A stretch of 64,000 nucleotides of DNA from Octopus vulgaris (GCA_951406725.2 OX597815.1:192138001-192202000); one strand, 5' to 3'. Positions 23,549 through 37,009 are shown, counted from the stretch's first letter. Numbers and translations are program-made. The notes: generated by a model from the letters alone, not told the origin.

Positions 23549-23978
23549 GTATCTGTATATGTATATACACATAGGTGCAGGAGTGGTTGTGTGGAAAATA
23601 GCTTGCTTACCAACCACATGGTACCTGGTTCAGTCCCATTTTGTGGCACCTTGGGCAAGTGTCTTCTACTATAGCCTCAGGCCGACCAAACCCTTTTGAG
23701 TGGATTTGGTAGACGGAAACTGAAAGAAGCCCGTCATATATATGTATATATATATATGTATGTCTGTGTATATGTTTTAGTATCTGTGTATGTCCTCCCA
23801 ACATCGCTTGACAACCAATGCTAGTGTGTTTACGTCCCCATAACTTAGGGGTTTGGCAAAAGAGACCAATAGAATAAGTAATAGACTTACAAAGAATAAA
23901 TCCTGGGGTTGATTTGCTTGACTAAAAGTGGTGCTCCAGCTTGGCCACAGTCAAATGACTGAAACAAAAGAGTAAAAG
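23037..23978 (+). mobile_element. SINE B with a triplicated 5' half
   Basis: AGGTGCAGGAGTGG head at ~23037, 23275 and 23573, each followed by (TA)n; one 3' body, plus an extra 3' body at 23995-24190. Confidence 0.88.
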
Positions 23979-24315
23979 TGTATATGTGAGTGAGTGTTTG
24001 TGTGTGTTTGTCCCCTACCATCGCTTGACAACAGATGCTGGTGTGTTTAGGGTCCCCGTAACTTATGGTTTGGCAAAAGAGACCGATGGGATAAATACTA
24101 GGCTTACAAGGAATGAGTGCTGGGATCAATTTGTTCGACTAAAAGTGGTGCGCATTCAAATGACTTAACCAAAACTACGAATAAAAGAATACATACATTG
24201 CATGCAAAAATAAACATTGAAAATAAAAACACCTTTGGCCAAATTTGGACATACGACAGTTTAACATAATAGCAACAATATATATATATTGTTGCTATAT
24301 ATATATATATATATA

Positions 24316-24546
24316 TATTTCTTTACTACCCACAAGGAGCTAAACACAGAGGGGACAAACAAGGGCCGACAAATGGATTAAGTCGATTACATCGACCCCA
24401 GTGCGTAACTGGTACTTAATTTATCGACCCCGAAAGGATGAAAGGCAAAGTCGACCTCGGCGGAATTTGAACTCGGAATGTAACGACAGATGAAATACTG
24501 CTAAGCATTTCGCCCGGCGTGCTAACGTTTCTGCCAGCTCGCCGCC
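24316..24546 (-). mobile_element. SINE A, full length
   Basis: Reverse complement of the family consensus; further copies at 26653-26884 (-), 28172-28435 (+), 45351-45585 (+) and 52910-53127 (+, old). Confidence 0.9.
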
Positions 24547-24894
24547 TATCTATATATATATATATATATTTTTGCTATTATGCATGCAAAAGTGTTGTAA
24601 GTCCAAAAATTGAAGCACGTCTTCAACAGTTCTGGAAAAAGTATTTGGCTTATTTTGTGTGTGACTTTTGGCCCAACTTGTATATATCCTTATAATATTG
24701 GTTTCAAATTTTGGCACAAGGCCTGAAATTTCAGGGGCATGGACAAGTTGATTTCATCGACCCCCCAGTGTTTAACTGCTATGTGTTTCATCGACCCTGA
24801 AAGGATGAAAATCAAAGTTTGACCTCAGCAGAATTTGAACTCAGAACGCAAAGACTGATGAAATTGTTAATTGTTAACCTATTTATTTCTCTTT

Positions 24895-24909
24895 CCCACC
24901 ACCACCACC

Positions 24910-24941
<32 letters not shown>

Positions 24942-26150
24942 CATTATCACTAGCACCACCCACATCATCATCACCACCATTGCCCCCACCCCCATTGCTG
25001 CCATGCCGCTCCTCCTCCACCTACCCTTAGGTAATTTTCTTCTACACTCCCACTAGCTAGTGTCACTTATGTACATTGCATAATATGATCGTAAAAGATA
25101 AGACCACCACCACTACCACCGCCCTTACAACATCACTATCATCACAACGATGACGACCACCACCAGTAACTCCATTATCAGAACCACAAAACCCACCACC
25201 ATCTCCATCATCACAAGTACTATTACCACTACCACCACCATCACCATCATTGCAAGTACTATCACCACTACCACAATCACCACTACCACCATCACCAACA
25301 GTACCATTAGTATCGTAACTACCACCACCACCACCACTACTACCACCATCACCACTACCACCAACAACAATGCCAAGACCACCACTAACACCACCAACAC
25401 CAACAGCAATGCCAAGACCACCACAACCACCACTAACACCACTGCCAACACCAATATCACCATCACTAAAAGCACTGCCAACACCCAACAACCCAAACAC
25501 TACTACCACCACCACCACCACCACGATCACTACCACAACCACCACCACTACCACAACCACCACCTATATCACTACTACCACTAACACCTCTACCACCAAC
25601 ACCATTACCTCCTCCACCATCACCACCACCACCTCCTCCACCATCACCACCACCACCTCCTCCACCATCACCACCACCACCAACAACAACACCACTACCA
25701 CCACCACGATCACTACCACAACCACCACTACCACCTATATCACTACTACCACTAACACCTCTACCACCACCAACACCACCACTACCACCAACACCACTAC
25801 CACCTCCACCAACAACACCACTACCACCACCACCACCTATATCACTACTACCAACAACAACACCTCTACCACCACCAACACCAACACTACCACCAACACC
25901 ACCACCAACATCACTACCACCTCCACCATCACCACCACCACCACCACTACCACGATCACTACCACAACCACCACCAACACCTATATCACTACTACCACTA
26001 ACACCTCTACCACCACCACCAACACCACTACCACCACAACCACCAACACCACCTATATCACTACTACCACTAACACCTCTACCACCACCAACAACAACAC
26101 CACTGCTACCACGGCCACCACCTCCAACCATCAAAATCACCATCCCTGTG
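24895..26150. repeat. (ACC/CAC/AAC)n tract with higher-order repeats
   Basis: Recurring ACCTATATCACTACTACCACTAACACCTCTACC and ACGATCACTACCACAACC blocks; source of the poly-Thr/Gly ORFs. Confidence 0.9.
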
Positions 26151-27204
26151 CAATGGAGAGAAATGTCTACCCCACCTCTTTTACTGTAACACATTAAATT
26201 AATTAATCTATATGTATGTGTGTGTGTGCGTGTACGTGTGTGTGTGTGTATATGTGAGTGGGTGGGCTGTCATATCATGTATGTCATCTGTGTCATCACT
26301 TCGCTCACAACCCCCCCCCACTTGCATTATCTATCCCTCTTTCATGCCACATCGTTTCTAAACCCCTTCACCCCCACCGCAACCCTGGCCCAGTGAAGTC
26401 CCTCCCTTTTTGCTCCCCCTCTGCTTCCCCCCCCCACTTGTGGCCCACACCCCCTCATTTTGTCATCCCGCTCATGCCATCAACTGTAATGTGTCTGCTG
26501 TCAGCTTCTGTTGATAGCAACAACAACAACAACAACAAAATCTACTACTACTACTACTACTACTACTGCTGTTACTCTGTATATGAAATAAACCATGTGG
26601 TAACTGGGTAAAGGCAACTAGAACCTGGAACCATTAGATAACCAAAATAATACTTATTTCTTTATTACCCACAAGGGGCTAAACACAGAGGGGACAAACA
26701 AAGACAGACATAGGTATTAAGTCGATTACATCGACCCCAGTGCGTAACTGGTACTTAATTTATCGACCCTGAAAGGATGAAAGGCAAAGTTGACCTCGGC
26801 AGAATTTGAACTCACAACGTAATGACAGATGAAATACGGCTACGCATTTCGCCCGGCGTGCTAACGTTTCTGCCAGCTCGCCGCAAAATAATACTGTTGT
26901 TGTTGATGCTAATGATGATGATGATGACATTGGTAATGATGATGATGACGACGATGGAGATGAAGATGATGACGGCAGTGATGATGATGATAACAATGAC
27001 AATGGTAACGACGGTAATGATGATGATGGGATGACAATGATTATGATGATGATGATGATGATGACATTGGTAATGATGATGATGACGGGAATGATGATGA
27101 TGATAACAATGACAATGGTAACGACGGTAATGATGATGATGGTGGTGATGAAGATGATGATGGTGGTGGTGGTGATGCTGATGGTTAATTCTGCCGCTAA
27201 TTTC

Positions 27205-27454
27205 GGTCGTTAGATTGTGGCCATGCTGGAGCACTGCCTTGAGGCATTTTTATTCAACAAATTGAGCCCCAGAACTGAAGAATTTAAATCAAATGGATCA
27301 CCCCCGTCATCAACCCCACCCACCGCACTTATAATTATTCTTTTTAAGCCTGCCGCTTAGATTATACCTCCCCCTTTTGATGAACCGCTAAGTTACTGGG
27401 ATGTAAACCCACCAACACCGGTTGTCAAGCAATAGTGGCGGGGGACAAACACTG

Positions 27455-27485
<31 letters not shown>

Positions 27486-27630
27486 ACAAGCTTTCAGTTT
27501 CCATCTATCAAATCCATTCACAAGGCTTTAGTCAGCCTGTAGAAGAAACTTGCCTGAGGTGCCATGGAGTGGGACTGAACCTGGAACCATGTGGCTAGGA
27601 AGGAAACTTATACTACACAGCCACACCCAT
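27205..27630 (-). mobile_element. SINE B, older full-length copy
   Basis: TGTGGCCATGCTGGAGCAC..(CA)n..GGGACTGAACCTGGAACCATGTGG..ACACAGCCAC. Confidence 0.8.
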
Positions 27631-28652
27631 GTAGTGTTTTGTTGGGTGCTGCATCTATTGCATAAGTGTGGGTGAATTTTGGTTTTGTATTGTTCTAAGG
27701 CACAGCTTTTTTATGTTAGATTACTCATTATTAAGTAACTAACTGGCTCCACGCCATTAAAAATGACGGCTAATTGTAGTATTTTATATATAAATATGGA
27801 GGCTAAATCAAATTAATACACTTGTCAATGTTCACATACATTCTCATACTTCTCTCGTACACACATACATACATATACTCACACAGAGTTGAAACACTGT
27901 TTGAGTTTTCTTTTCAGCATTGAATGTTCACCATCCCACCAGTTTGCCATCACCCCTTCCATCCTTATTCATCTATCACCCCTTCCTTTCTCATTCATAT
28001 GTTGTGACAGAGAAAAACACTAGAGTATTATTATAGTAGATGTTTGTTCCAATGTAGGCCTTTCTTATTTCAAGCTTTCAATATTTTCATTAAACCAAAG
28101 AAGCTCATTACAACAACACCAAAAATAAGAAACTATGGAATGTGCTTCAATTGTAATATTTGAATTGCAATGAAGGCAGCGAGCTGGCAGAAACGTTAGC
28201 ATGCAAGTCGAAATGCTTTGCTGTATTTCATCTGTCTCTACGTTAAGAGTTCTAATTCCGCCGAGGTCGACTTTGCTTTTCATTCTTTCAGGATCGATAA
28301 ATTATGTACCAGTTGCCTTTCATTCTTTCAGGATCGATAAATTAAGTACCAGATCGATAAATTAAGTTACTGGGGTCATTCTAATCAGCTGGCCTCCTTC
28401 TCCAAAATTTTGGGCCTTGTACCTAGAATAGTAACGAATATTTGAATTCCAATGCAAACATGGAAGTTGCAAACTTCATGAATCAAATGACTGCATTGGT
28501 CATACAAGTACAACACTCTCTTGGTGTTTGACTATGCATTTACTGCAAAGTTACATTACAACACACTAATAAAACAGTGAATGCAACAAAAACGATCAGA
28601 AAACAAGTAAGAAATCATGGAAATTAGCTGATGTCCTTGCTAGGAGATAGCA

Positions 28653-28900
28653 TATCATCATCATCATTATCCAGTGTTTTTAATCCAGGTTTTGTCCCCG
28701 TTAACAGGGGTGGCCAGATCTACCTCAATGCCATAGGAACTGAGGTAGGCAGGTGCAGCCCACTCCAGCCTTTGGGCTGGTTGGCTGGTGCCTGCTCTCC
28801 TTTGCTATCATGAGGCTTTTTTTGTAGCTGGATTTCCTACGGAGAGCATGCCCTAGCTTACCCCCAACCTCAGCTTCTAGACATGAGTGGTCCCAAGATC
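28653..28900 (-). mobile_element. Divergent RTE-tailed non-autonomous element
   Basis: (CAT)n at the left end, GC-rich body, TTTGTAGCTGGATTTCC resembles family C TTTCTACAGCTGGATGCC. Confidence 0.35.
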
Positions 28901-29982
28901 AAGGCCTCTTACCACAGTTTTTAAGAAATGTGGTGTAAAACTAGCTCACGAAGTCAGGGACACTACTCTCTGAGACTCCTTTCGGAGCCCCTCTCCTACT
29001 TAAAGATGCAAAAATTTCATGTTTGGTTATGTCAGTCTGTCTCTTTTATCGAATGCACACATGCTTGGTCAGCCCGAGGCTATAGTAGAAGACATTTGCT
29101 CAAGGTGCCACGCAGTGGGACTGAACTCAGAACCATGTGTTTGGTAAGCAAGCTTCTTACCACACAGCCATGCCATATATTTCCAGTGTTTGTTGAAAGC
29201 CTTCAGATTTTTTTCTGATAAGTTTAACACCATGTGACCCATCCCCTTACTTAGCATTCATCTCAAACTGTTTCCCACACCAGTGACTAGGCTGCTATAA
29301 AATAAGATCAGTGTGTGTGTGTGTGTGGGGGGGGGGTATGTGTTTGCAAGTTTTAATGTTAAGGTTGTTAATTATAAAGTTACAAAAACGAACTTTTGTT
29401 GATGACAGTAGTACTCAATACTCTTCGTAGAGCCAAACTTGTCATCCACAAATTGTTTGACTGGGACTTCAGGTTCCGTCTGTTCTGACTTGTTCAACTG
29501 GTTGAATAATTCATTACATTAATTACTGTTTACGTCTGTGCTAACTACCCTGTCAGTCTGTCTGTCGGTGTGTCTGTCTGTGTGTCTGTGCTAACTAATC
29601 TCTCTGTACTCCTGACTCATTCACACCCACACCTTCAAAACTCATCCATCATTTTTCCTTTTCTTCTTCTTCTTCCTCCATTTCTCTTATATAATGTCTC
29701 TCAGCATCATCCTTTTGTTTTTGTTTTTTTGTTTTTTCTTTGTTTTTGTTCCGTGTTATCATTCCATTTCTGTTACTGTTTGAGAGAGAGAGAGAGAGAG
29801 AGAGAAATGAAGAAGAAAAGAGTGAGACAAGGTTAAAAAGAATGAAATACAAAACAAAACAAAAAAAATGAAAAAAAACAAAGTCAATATTTAAAAAGTA
29901 AAATTAAAGGATTGCATAAAATATGTTTTAAGTTTATATAAACTAATTAAAGTTGATTCACTCCTACTTCTCATCTGCTGCA

Positions 29983-30546
29983 ATCATCATCATAGTCGTC
30001 ATCATCACCATCATCATATTCATCATGTTCATCATCATCATCAACACCACCACCATCATTATCAACATTGTCATTATCATCATCATCATCAGTATCATCC
30101 TTATCGTCATCATCATCATCATTATCATCATCATCATAAACATCGTTATTATCATCATCATCATCATCACCTACATCATCATCATCATAAACATCGTTAT
30201 TATTATCATCATCATCATCATAAACATCGTTATTATCATCATCATCATCACCTACATCATCATCATCATAAACATCGTTATTATCATCCTCATCATCACC
30301 TACATCATCATCATAAACATTGTTATTATCATCATCATCATCATCACCTACATCATCATTATCATCATCATAAACATTGTTATTATCATCTACATCATCA
30401 TCACCTACATCATCATCATCATCATCATAAACATCGTTATTATCATCATCATTATCATCAATATTGGCATTATCATCATCGTTATCATCCTCGATATTGT
30501 CAGCGTCATCATCCTTGTTTGTCGTTAATGTTATTGACACCATCAT
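29983..30546. repeat. (ATC/ATT)n tract with higher-order units
   Basis: Recurring ATAAACAT(C/T)GTTATTATC..ACCTACATC blocks. Confidence 0.9.
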
Positions 30547-31029
30547 AAGTTTTTAATACCTTCATCACCTTTCCTCACTGCTATACATACTCCCTTAACC
30601 CCTGCCCCTATATGCACACACACACTTACACAGGCACACACACTCACACACACATACACACTCACACTTCTAGCTCTGATCCCCATATGTCTTCTTTCTC
30701 TCATTAACCTTCTCTGAAATGAAAACCGACCCCTGTAACACATTCATCCTTTTGAAATAGACCCCTTTTTTTTATTTTAGTTTTCTCCTTTATTTCCCTG
30801 CCTCCATCCTTCTTTCCACTCCCCCACAGCTTTCTTGCTTATCTCCTCCCCCACCTTCTTGGCTCCTTTCCACCACCATCACCACCGCCGCCATTACTAG
30901 CCACCCACCCCCACCTAACCTGCACCATAACAACCCTCATTCACCCCCCCACCACCTCCAGCAGGGTATTTGTGCACCTTTTTTCTACTCAGATTGATCC
31001 TGTTTCCATCATTTCTTTATTCATACGTT

Positions 31030-31845
31030 TGTTGTTGCTAATTTTGTTGCTGCTGCTGCTACATCTGTATCGTTGTTGCTAATTTCGTTGCTGTTGTTGC
31101 TACTGCAGTTGCTGTTGTTACTAAAGTTGCTGCTGTTGTTATTGTTGCTGTTGCCGCCACTGCTACTATTGTTGCTTCTAATTTAGTTGCTGTTGTTGCT
31201 ATTGTTGCTACTGCTGCTGTTGTTGTTGCTGCTGCTGCTACAACTGCAATCGTTGCTAATTTAGTTGATGTTGTTGCTACATCTGTATTGTTGTTGCTGC
31301 TGTTACAATTGCTATTGTTGCTAATTTAGTTGCTATTGATGTTGTTACTGCTGCTGAAGCTGTTGCTACTGCTGTTGTTGTTGCTGCTGCTACAACTGCT
31401 ATCGTTGTTGCTAATTTAGTTGCTGTCATTGCTACTGCAGTTGCTGTTGTTATTATTGCTGCTGCCGCCACTGCTACTGTTGTTGCTTCTAATTTAGTTG
31501 CTGTTGCTGCTATTGTTGCTACTGCTGTTGTTGTTGCTAATTTAGTTGCTGTCGTTGCTACTGCAGTTACCGTTGTTGCTGCTGTTACAATTGCTATTGT
31601 TGCTAATTTAGTTGCTATTGATGTTGTTGCTGCTGCTGAAGCTGTTGCTACTGCTGTTGTTGCTGCTGCTGCTACAACTGCTATCGTTGTCGCTAATTTA
31701 GTTGCTGTCATTGCTATTGTTGCTACTGCAGTTGTTGTTGCGGCTACAACTGCTATTGTTGCTAATTTCGTTGTTGCTGCTACAATTGCTAATTTAGTTG
31801 CTATTGATGTTGTTGCTGTTCCTATTACTGTTGTTATAGTTGTGG
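31030..31845. repeat. (GTT/GCT)n cryptic repeat with recurring GCTAATTTAGTTG anchors
   Basis: Read directly; translates as Ala/Thr-rich on the minus strand. Confidence 0.88.
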
Positions 31846-31861
31846 GTTTTATATACTTTAT

Positions 31862-32111
31862 TATTCTTTTACTTGTTACAGTCATTTTGACTGTGGCCAT
31901 GCTGGAGCACCGCTTTTAAAACAAATCAACCCCATAACTTATTCTTTGTAAGCCTAGTACTTATTCTATCGGTCTCTTTTGCCAAACTGCTAAGTTATGG
32001 GGACGTAGATTCACCAACATCAGTTGTCAAACGATGTTGGGGGTACAAACAGCCGTACAAACATATACAGACACAGACATATAAATATGTGTGTGTGTGT
32101 GTGTGTGTAAA

Positions 32112-32154
<43 letters not shown>

Positions 32155-32156
32155 GC

Positions 32157-32187
<31 letters not shown>

Positions 32188-32228
32188 CACATATATATAT
32201 ACACACACATACATCCATACATATATAT

Positions 32229-32326
<98 letters not shown>

Positions 32327-32497
32327 GTGTGTGAATGTGAATGGCTTCTTTCAGTTTCTGTTTGCCAAATCCTCTCAGAAGGCTTTGATCGGCCCGAGGC
32401 TATAACAGAAGACACTTGCCCAAGGTGGCACGCAGTGAGATTGAACCTGGAACCATGTGGTTCGTAAACAAACTGCTTACCACACAGCCACTCCTGC
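31862..32497 (-). mobile_element. SINE B, full length with an expanded internal microsatellite
   Basis: 3' body ~31862-32080, (TG/TA/CA)n, head ending ACACAGCCACTCCTGCAC; other B copies at 38405-39237 (-), 42547-42945 (+), 43003-43425 (-), 46813-47168 (+), 47813-47972 (+) and 48080-48447 (-). Confidence 0.88.
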
Positions 32498-32685
32498 ACT
32501 GTTATTGTCACTGTGCTGTTATAGTTTTACTTGTTGCTGTTGTTGTTGCTGCAGCAGCAGATGTTACTGCTGCCTGCTGCTTGCTGCTGTTGTTGATTTC
32601 GCTGTTGAATTTGTTGTTATATCATTACTATAAACGCACCTGCTTATATTGCTGTTTTTTAAGCCACTGCTGCAGTTACAGCCGA

Positions 32686-32950
32686 TGTGGTGGTGGTGGT
32701 GGTGGTGGTGGTGGTGGTGGTGGTGGTGGTAGTGGTGGTGGTGGTGGTGGTAGTGGTGGTGGTGGTGGCAGTGGTGGTGGTGGTAGTTGTGGCAGTGGTG
32801 GTGGTGGTGGTGGTGGTGGTGGTGGTGGCAGTGGTGGTGGTGGTGGTGGTGGCATTGGTGGTGGTGGTGGTGGTAGTCGTGGTGGTGGTGGTGGCAGTTG
32901 TGGTGGTGGTGGTGGTGGTGGTGGTGGTGGTGGTGGTGGTGGTGGTGGCA
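32686..32950. repeat. (GGT)n microsatellite
   Basis: About 85 GGT/GGC/AGT triplets. Confidence 0.95.
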
Positions 32951-33215
32951 GGGGAGATGGTATCGTATAGCAAACGTGTGTGACCTCATCGAATGATCCT
33001 CTTGATCATGTTGCTATAGCTTTCATTTGAAACCACTTTGCTCCGTTCATGTTAGTACCTCACCCTACACCAGAAGAACACAATCCTCGTGCATTCCTTC
33101 ACCGTTTCTCTACTCATATCCTCTGCATTTGGTACATAAGAAACAACTACAATCTATTTTATATTTATTTTTTACAGCATAAATATAAATATGTGTCTGT
33201 GTGTGTGTATGTATT

Positions 33216-33246
<31 letters not shown>

Positions 33247-33248
<2 letters not shown>

Positions 33249-34150
33249 CGTCGTCGTTTAATGTCCGTTCTCCATGCTAGCATGGGTTGGACGGTTCGAC
33301 CGGGGTTCTGGGAAGCCAGAAGGCTGCACCAGGCTCCAGTCTAATCTGGCAATGTTTCTACAGCTGGATGCCCTTCCTAACGCCAACCACTCCGTGAGTG
33401 TAGTGGGTGCTTTTTACGTGCCACCTGCACAGGTGCCAGGCGGGGCTGGCAACGGCCACGGTCAGATTGGTGTATTTTATGTGCCACCGGCACGGAAGCC
33501 AGTCGAGTTGGATAGTGCTTTTTACATACCACCAAACCAGGGATCCTGGCTGGTTCAATTCGATTTCGATTTCGCTTGCCCCAACATGTCTTCACAAGCA
33601 AAGGGGGTTGGCAAGGGTGCCTGTCGTACGGTCGCATTGGAGTATTTTACGTGCCACGGCCACGAGTCGGATAGTGCTTTTTACGTACCACCAGACCAGG
33701 GATCCTGGCTGGTTCAATTCGATTTCGATTTCGCTTGCCCCAACATGTCTTCACAAGCAAAGGGGGTTGGCATGGGTGCCTGTCGTACGGTCGCATTGGA
33801 GTATTTTACGTGCCACGGCCACGAGTCGGATAGTGCTTTTTACGTACCACCAGACCAGGGATCCTGGCTGGTTCAATTCGATTTCGATTTCGCTTGCCCC
33901 AACATGTCTTCACAAGCAAAGGGGGTTGGCATGGGTGCCTGTCGTACGGTCGCATTGGAGTATTTTACGTGCCACGGCCACGAGTCGGATAGTGCTTTTT
34001 ACGTACCACCAGGCCAGGGATCCTGGCTGGTTCAATTCGGTTTCGATTTCGATTTCGCTTGCCCCAACATGTCTTCGCAAGCATGGGGGGTTGGCATGGG
34101 TGTCTGTCGTCGGATGAGGTTCTATATCGACTTCGCTTGCCTCAACCGGT
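33247..34150 (-). mobile_element. Family C retroposon carrying a 159-bp x ~4 tandem array
   Basis: C tail at 33247; GATAGTGCTTTTTAC anchors at 33511, 33670, 33829 and 33988. Confidence 0.9.
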
Positions 34151-34176
34151 CTTTGTGTCCTCAACCGGTCTTTGTG

Positions 34177-34209
<33 letters not shown>

Positions 34210-34404
34210 TAGTGGTTTTGTCTCTAATAATATTTGTCTCTAATAATATTTGTCTCTAATAATATTCAGAAATAGTGGTTTTGTCTCTAATAATATTTTA
34301 TAATATTTTACTATAAAATTGGATTTAATCCTAAATCTGATTTTTTTCCCTGTAAAGTTGGATTTATTCCCTAATATTTATTATTTATATATATATATAT
34401 ATAT

Positions 34405-34772
34405 ATATCGTTGCTATTATGTTAAACTGTCGTATGTACAAATTTGGCCAAATGTCTTTTTTTCGAATATTAAATTTTGCTTGCAACAGTTGGTTCTTTT
34501 GGTCAAACTATATTTTCAGCTGCTTAAGATTCCAAGATATGAAAATTGTCAAAGTGTAGTTAGTCCCACATTTGACAGTTTTGAAGAACTTTTTCTGACT
34601 GAAAATATCATACAAGCATGGAGTTACGATTTTATGCACCCAACAAAGTATTATTGTTAAGTTGAAACTGTTGCTAATGTAAAAAAAAATAAAAGGAATG
34701 GTGAAATTTTTTTTTCATTTTCTGAAAAAGCAACCTTTGGACCTACAACACTTTTGCATAATAGCAACAATA
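34405..34772. mobile_element. TA-flanked MITE
   Basis: Terminal inverted repeats AT(C/T)GTTGCTATTATG / CATAATAGCAACAAT within (TA)n; the same termini occur at 24230-24280 and 24570-24610. Confidence 0.75.
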
Positions 34773-34877
34773 TATATATATATATATATATACTTTATTA
34801 ATAAAGCATATTACCCTACCTCTTGTATTCAAGTACTATATTTTCCCCACCTGGTTTCACATTTATATGCTTACTCT

Positions 34878-34918
<41 letters not shown>

Positions 34919-35329
34919 TCATTATTCATCATTGTTTAATGTCACTTTTCCATGCTGGCATGGGTTGGATGGTTTGACAGGAGCTGGCCAAGCAGGGAGC
35001 TATCCAGAATCCAATTGTCTGTTGTGGCCTGATTTCTTAAATGCCAAACATTTAACAGAGTGTGTTGGGTGCTTTTTACATACAATCTGCATGGGTGTAT
35101 TTACACAATACTTGCATGGGTACATTTTATGTGGCACCAGCACCTGTAAAAGACAAGCCAGTGTGTATGGATGACAGCGAGTTTACTTAGCTTGTTGTGT
35201 CTTTTCAAGTACTGCAAATCACCACAACTCCTGGTCCCTTATCATTTTCTCAGTGAGGCCCAGTGTCCAAAGATCCTTTCCCACCACTTTGTCCCATGTA
35301 TTCCTGATATATGTCAAAAACAGGATCAA

Positions 35330-35562
35330 AGGTCTTTCCCAAGCCATAGGCCCATCTCATGAGGCTGGTTTCCTAGATTCTGTGGTGTGTATAAATAATC
35401 CCTCATGGATGGGATCTGGATCTGTCGCAGGATTATCCATTTTTGCCAACTGAGTGGATTGGAGCAACATGAAATGAACTGTTTTGCTCAAGAACATAAT
35501 ACATCACCCAGTCCAAGATTTGAAACCACAATCTCAGAATCATGAGTGCAATGCCCTAATCA
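35330..35562 (-). mobile_element. Old chimeric SINE (D-type head/core, E-type tail)
   Basis: CTGAGTGGATTGGAGCAAC..GCTCAAGAACA (D core) plus CTGTCGCAGG and CTCATGAGGCTGGTTTCC (E tail). Confidence 0.55.
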
Positions 35563-36802
35563 CAAATGCCAGTACTGCCTCACTGGCCCCATGCTAGTGG
35601 AATGTATAAAACACCTACTATACTCTTGGAGGGGTTGGCATTAGGAAGAGCGTCCAGATGAAGAAACCTTGCTAGATCAGACTGAAGCCTGGTGCAGCCT
35701 CCTGGCTTGCCAGTCCTCAGTGAAACTGTCCAACCCATGCCAGCATGGAAAGCAGACATTAAAAGATGATGATGATGTTGATGAGGATGATGGGGATGAT
35801 GATGATGATGACTAACTGATGCAAATTTGCCTTTAGAATTTAAAATATGTCCCAAACATATTTTAATTAACCTAAAGTTCATTCACTCCTAATTACTGCT
35901 TAGTACTGAATCTACGACATGTAATATTCTTCCTAGTAATTATTGGTGTCAATAAGAGACTGGAATGACATCTAGATGCACACTGGGATTGTGTGGTAGT
36001 ATCTATATGATGAGTTGGGTGTAAAAAACCCACTCAAACTTACTCAGTTAGTTGCAGTAGTTTTAAGTAACTCACAATTATCTGACAGGTACAAACCTGA
36101 TTTTAGAATGTTCCGGTATGGATAGGAACCAACTGCACTGTATCATCCAGGGTAATGCTGGTGTATTTCCTAGATGAGTGGCTATGGAAAGCAAAGGGTG
36201 CTAGCAAGCTGCAAATTTATGATGTGAATAGTTAATCTTGATAGGAAGCAGAGATGGGGGCCTGCTTGTTGGAAGCTGAATCGTTGCATTTCCAGTGCAG
36301 AAAGCCAACTGAGATTAGATTAATGGGCAAATCAAAGTTGACTTGCGGGGTTAAATGAAAACAGCATCCATAATTCTTGCTACACATGCTAACTGTTACT
36401 TTGCTGCTCTTCATATTTAAATATTCCTGTTATACAAATAAAACATTAAAAAGAAAAAAATACAGTAAAACATATAAAACAAAATTTAAATAAAAATTTA
36501 TAGGGAAATTAAGAAAAGCAACATAAAACAAACAGCAAAAAAATATTAATAAAAGTAAAAAGTTATGTTAATGGTACATTGTAATGGCATTAGACTTATC
36601 ATCTTTTATTACATAATTAAATAGAAGAATAAACAAAAAATGGCTATATTACTTTAACATGTTATTTAGAAAGGGTTAACACTTGCCATCTTAGATTACA
36701 TAAATGCTATTTTATTTCAGGCTATAACATTACAGGACTGTTTTCATAATCACATACACATTTTGCATCAGTTTCCTTTAAAATTCATATATATATACAA
36801 AC

Positions 36803-36881
<79 letters not shown>

Positions 36882-36978
36882 AACATACATATATATATAA
36901 ATATAAATATAAATATATATATATATATACACACACAAACATATATATATATATAGAGAGAGATATGTATATAAATGC

Positions 36979-37009
<31 letters not shown>

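Noticed and set aside
25370-26197. Mucin-like poly-Thr ORF, and the Gly-rich ORF on the other strand
   Set aside because: (ACC)n tract open in several frames on both strands; no signal peptide or convincing splice context
33274-34203. 309-aa and 236-aa ORFs with 53-aa repeats
   Set aside because: Antisense read-through of a C element whose 159-bp unit is a multiple of 3; two frames are open and no domain is recognisable
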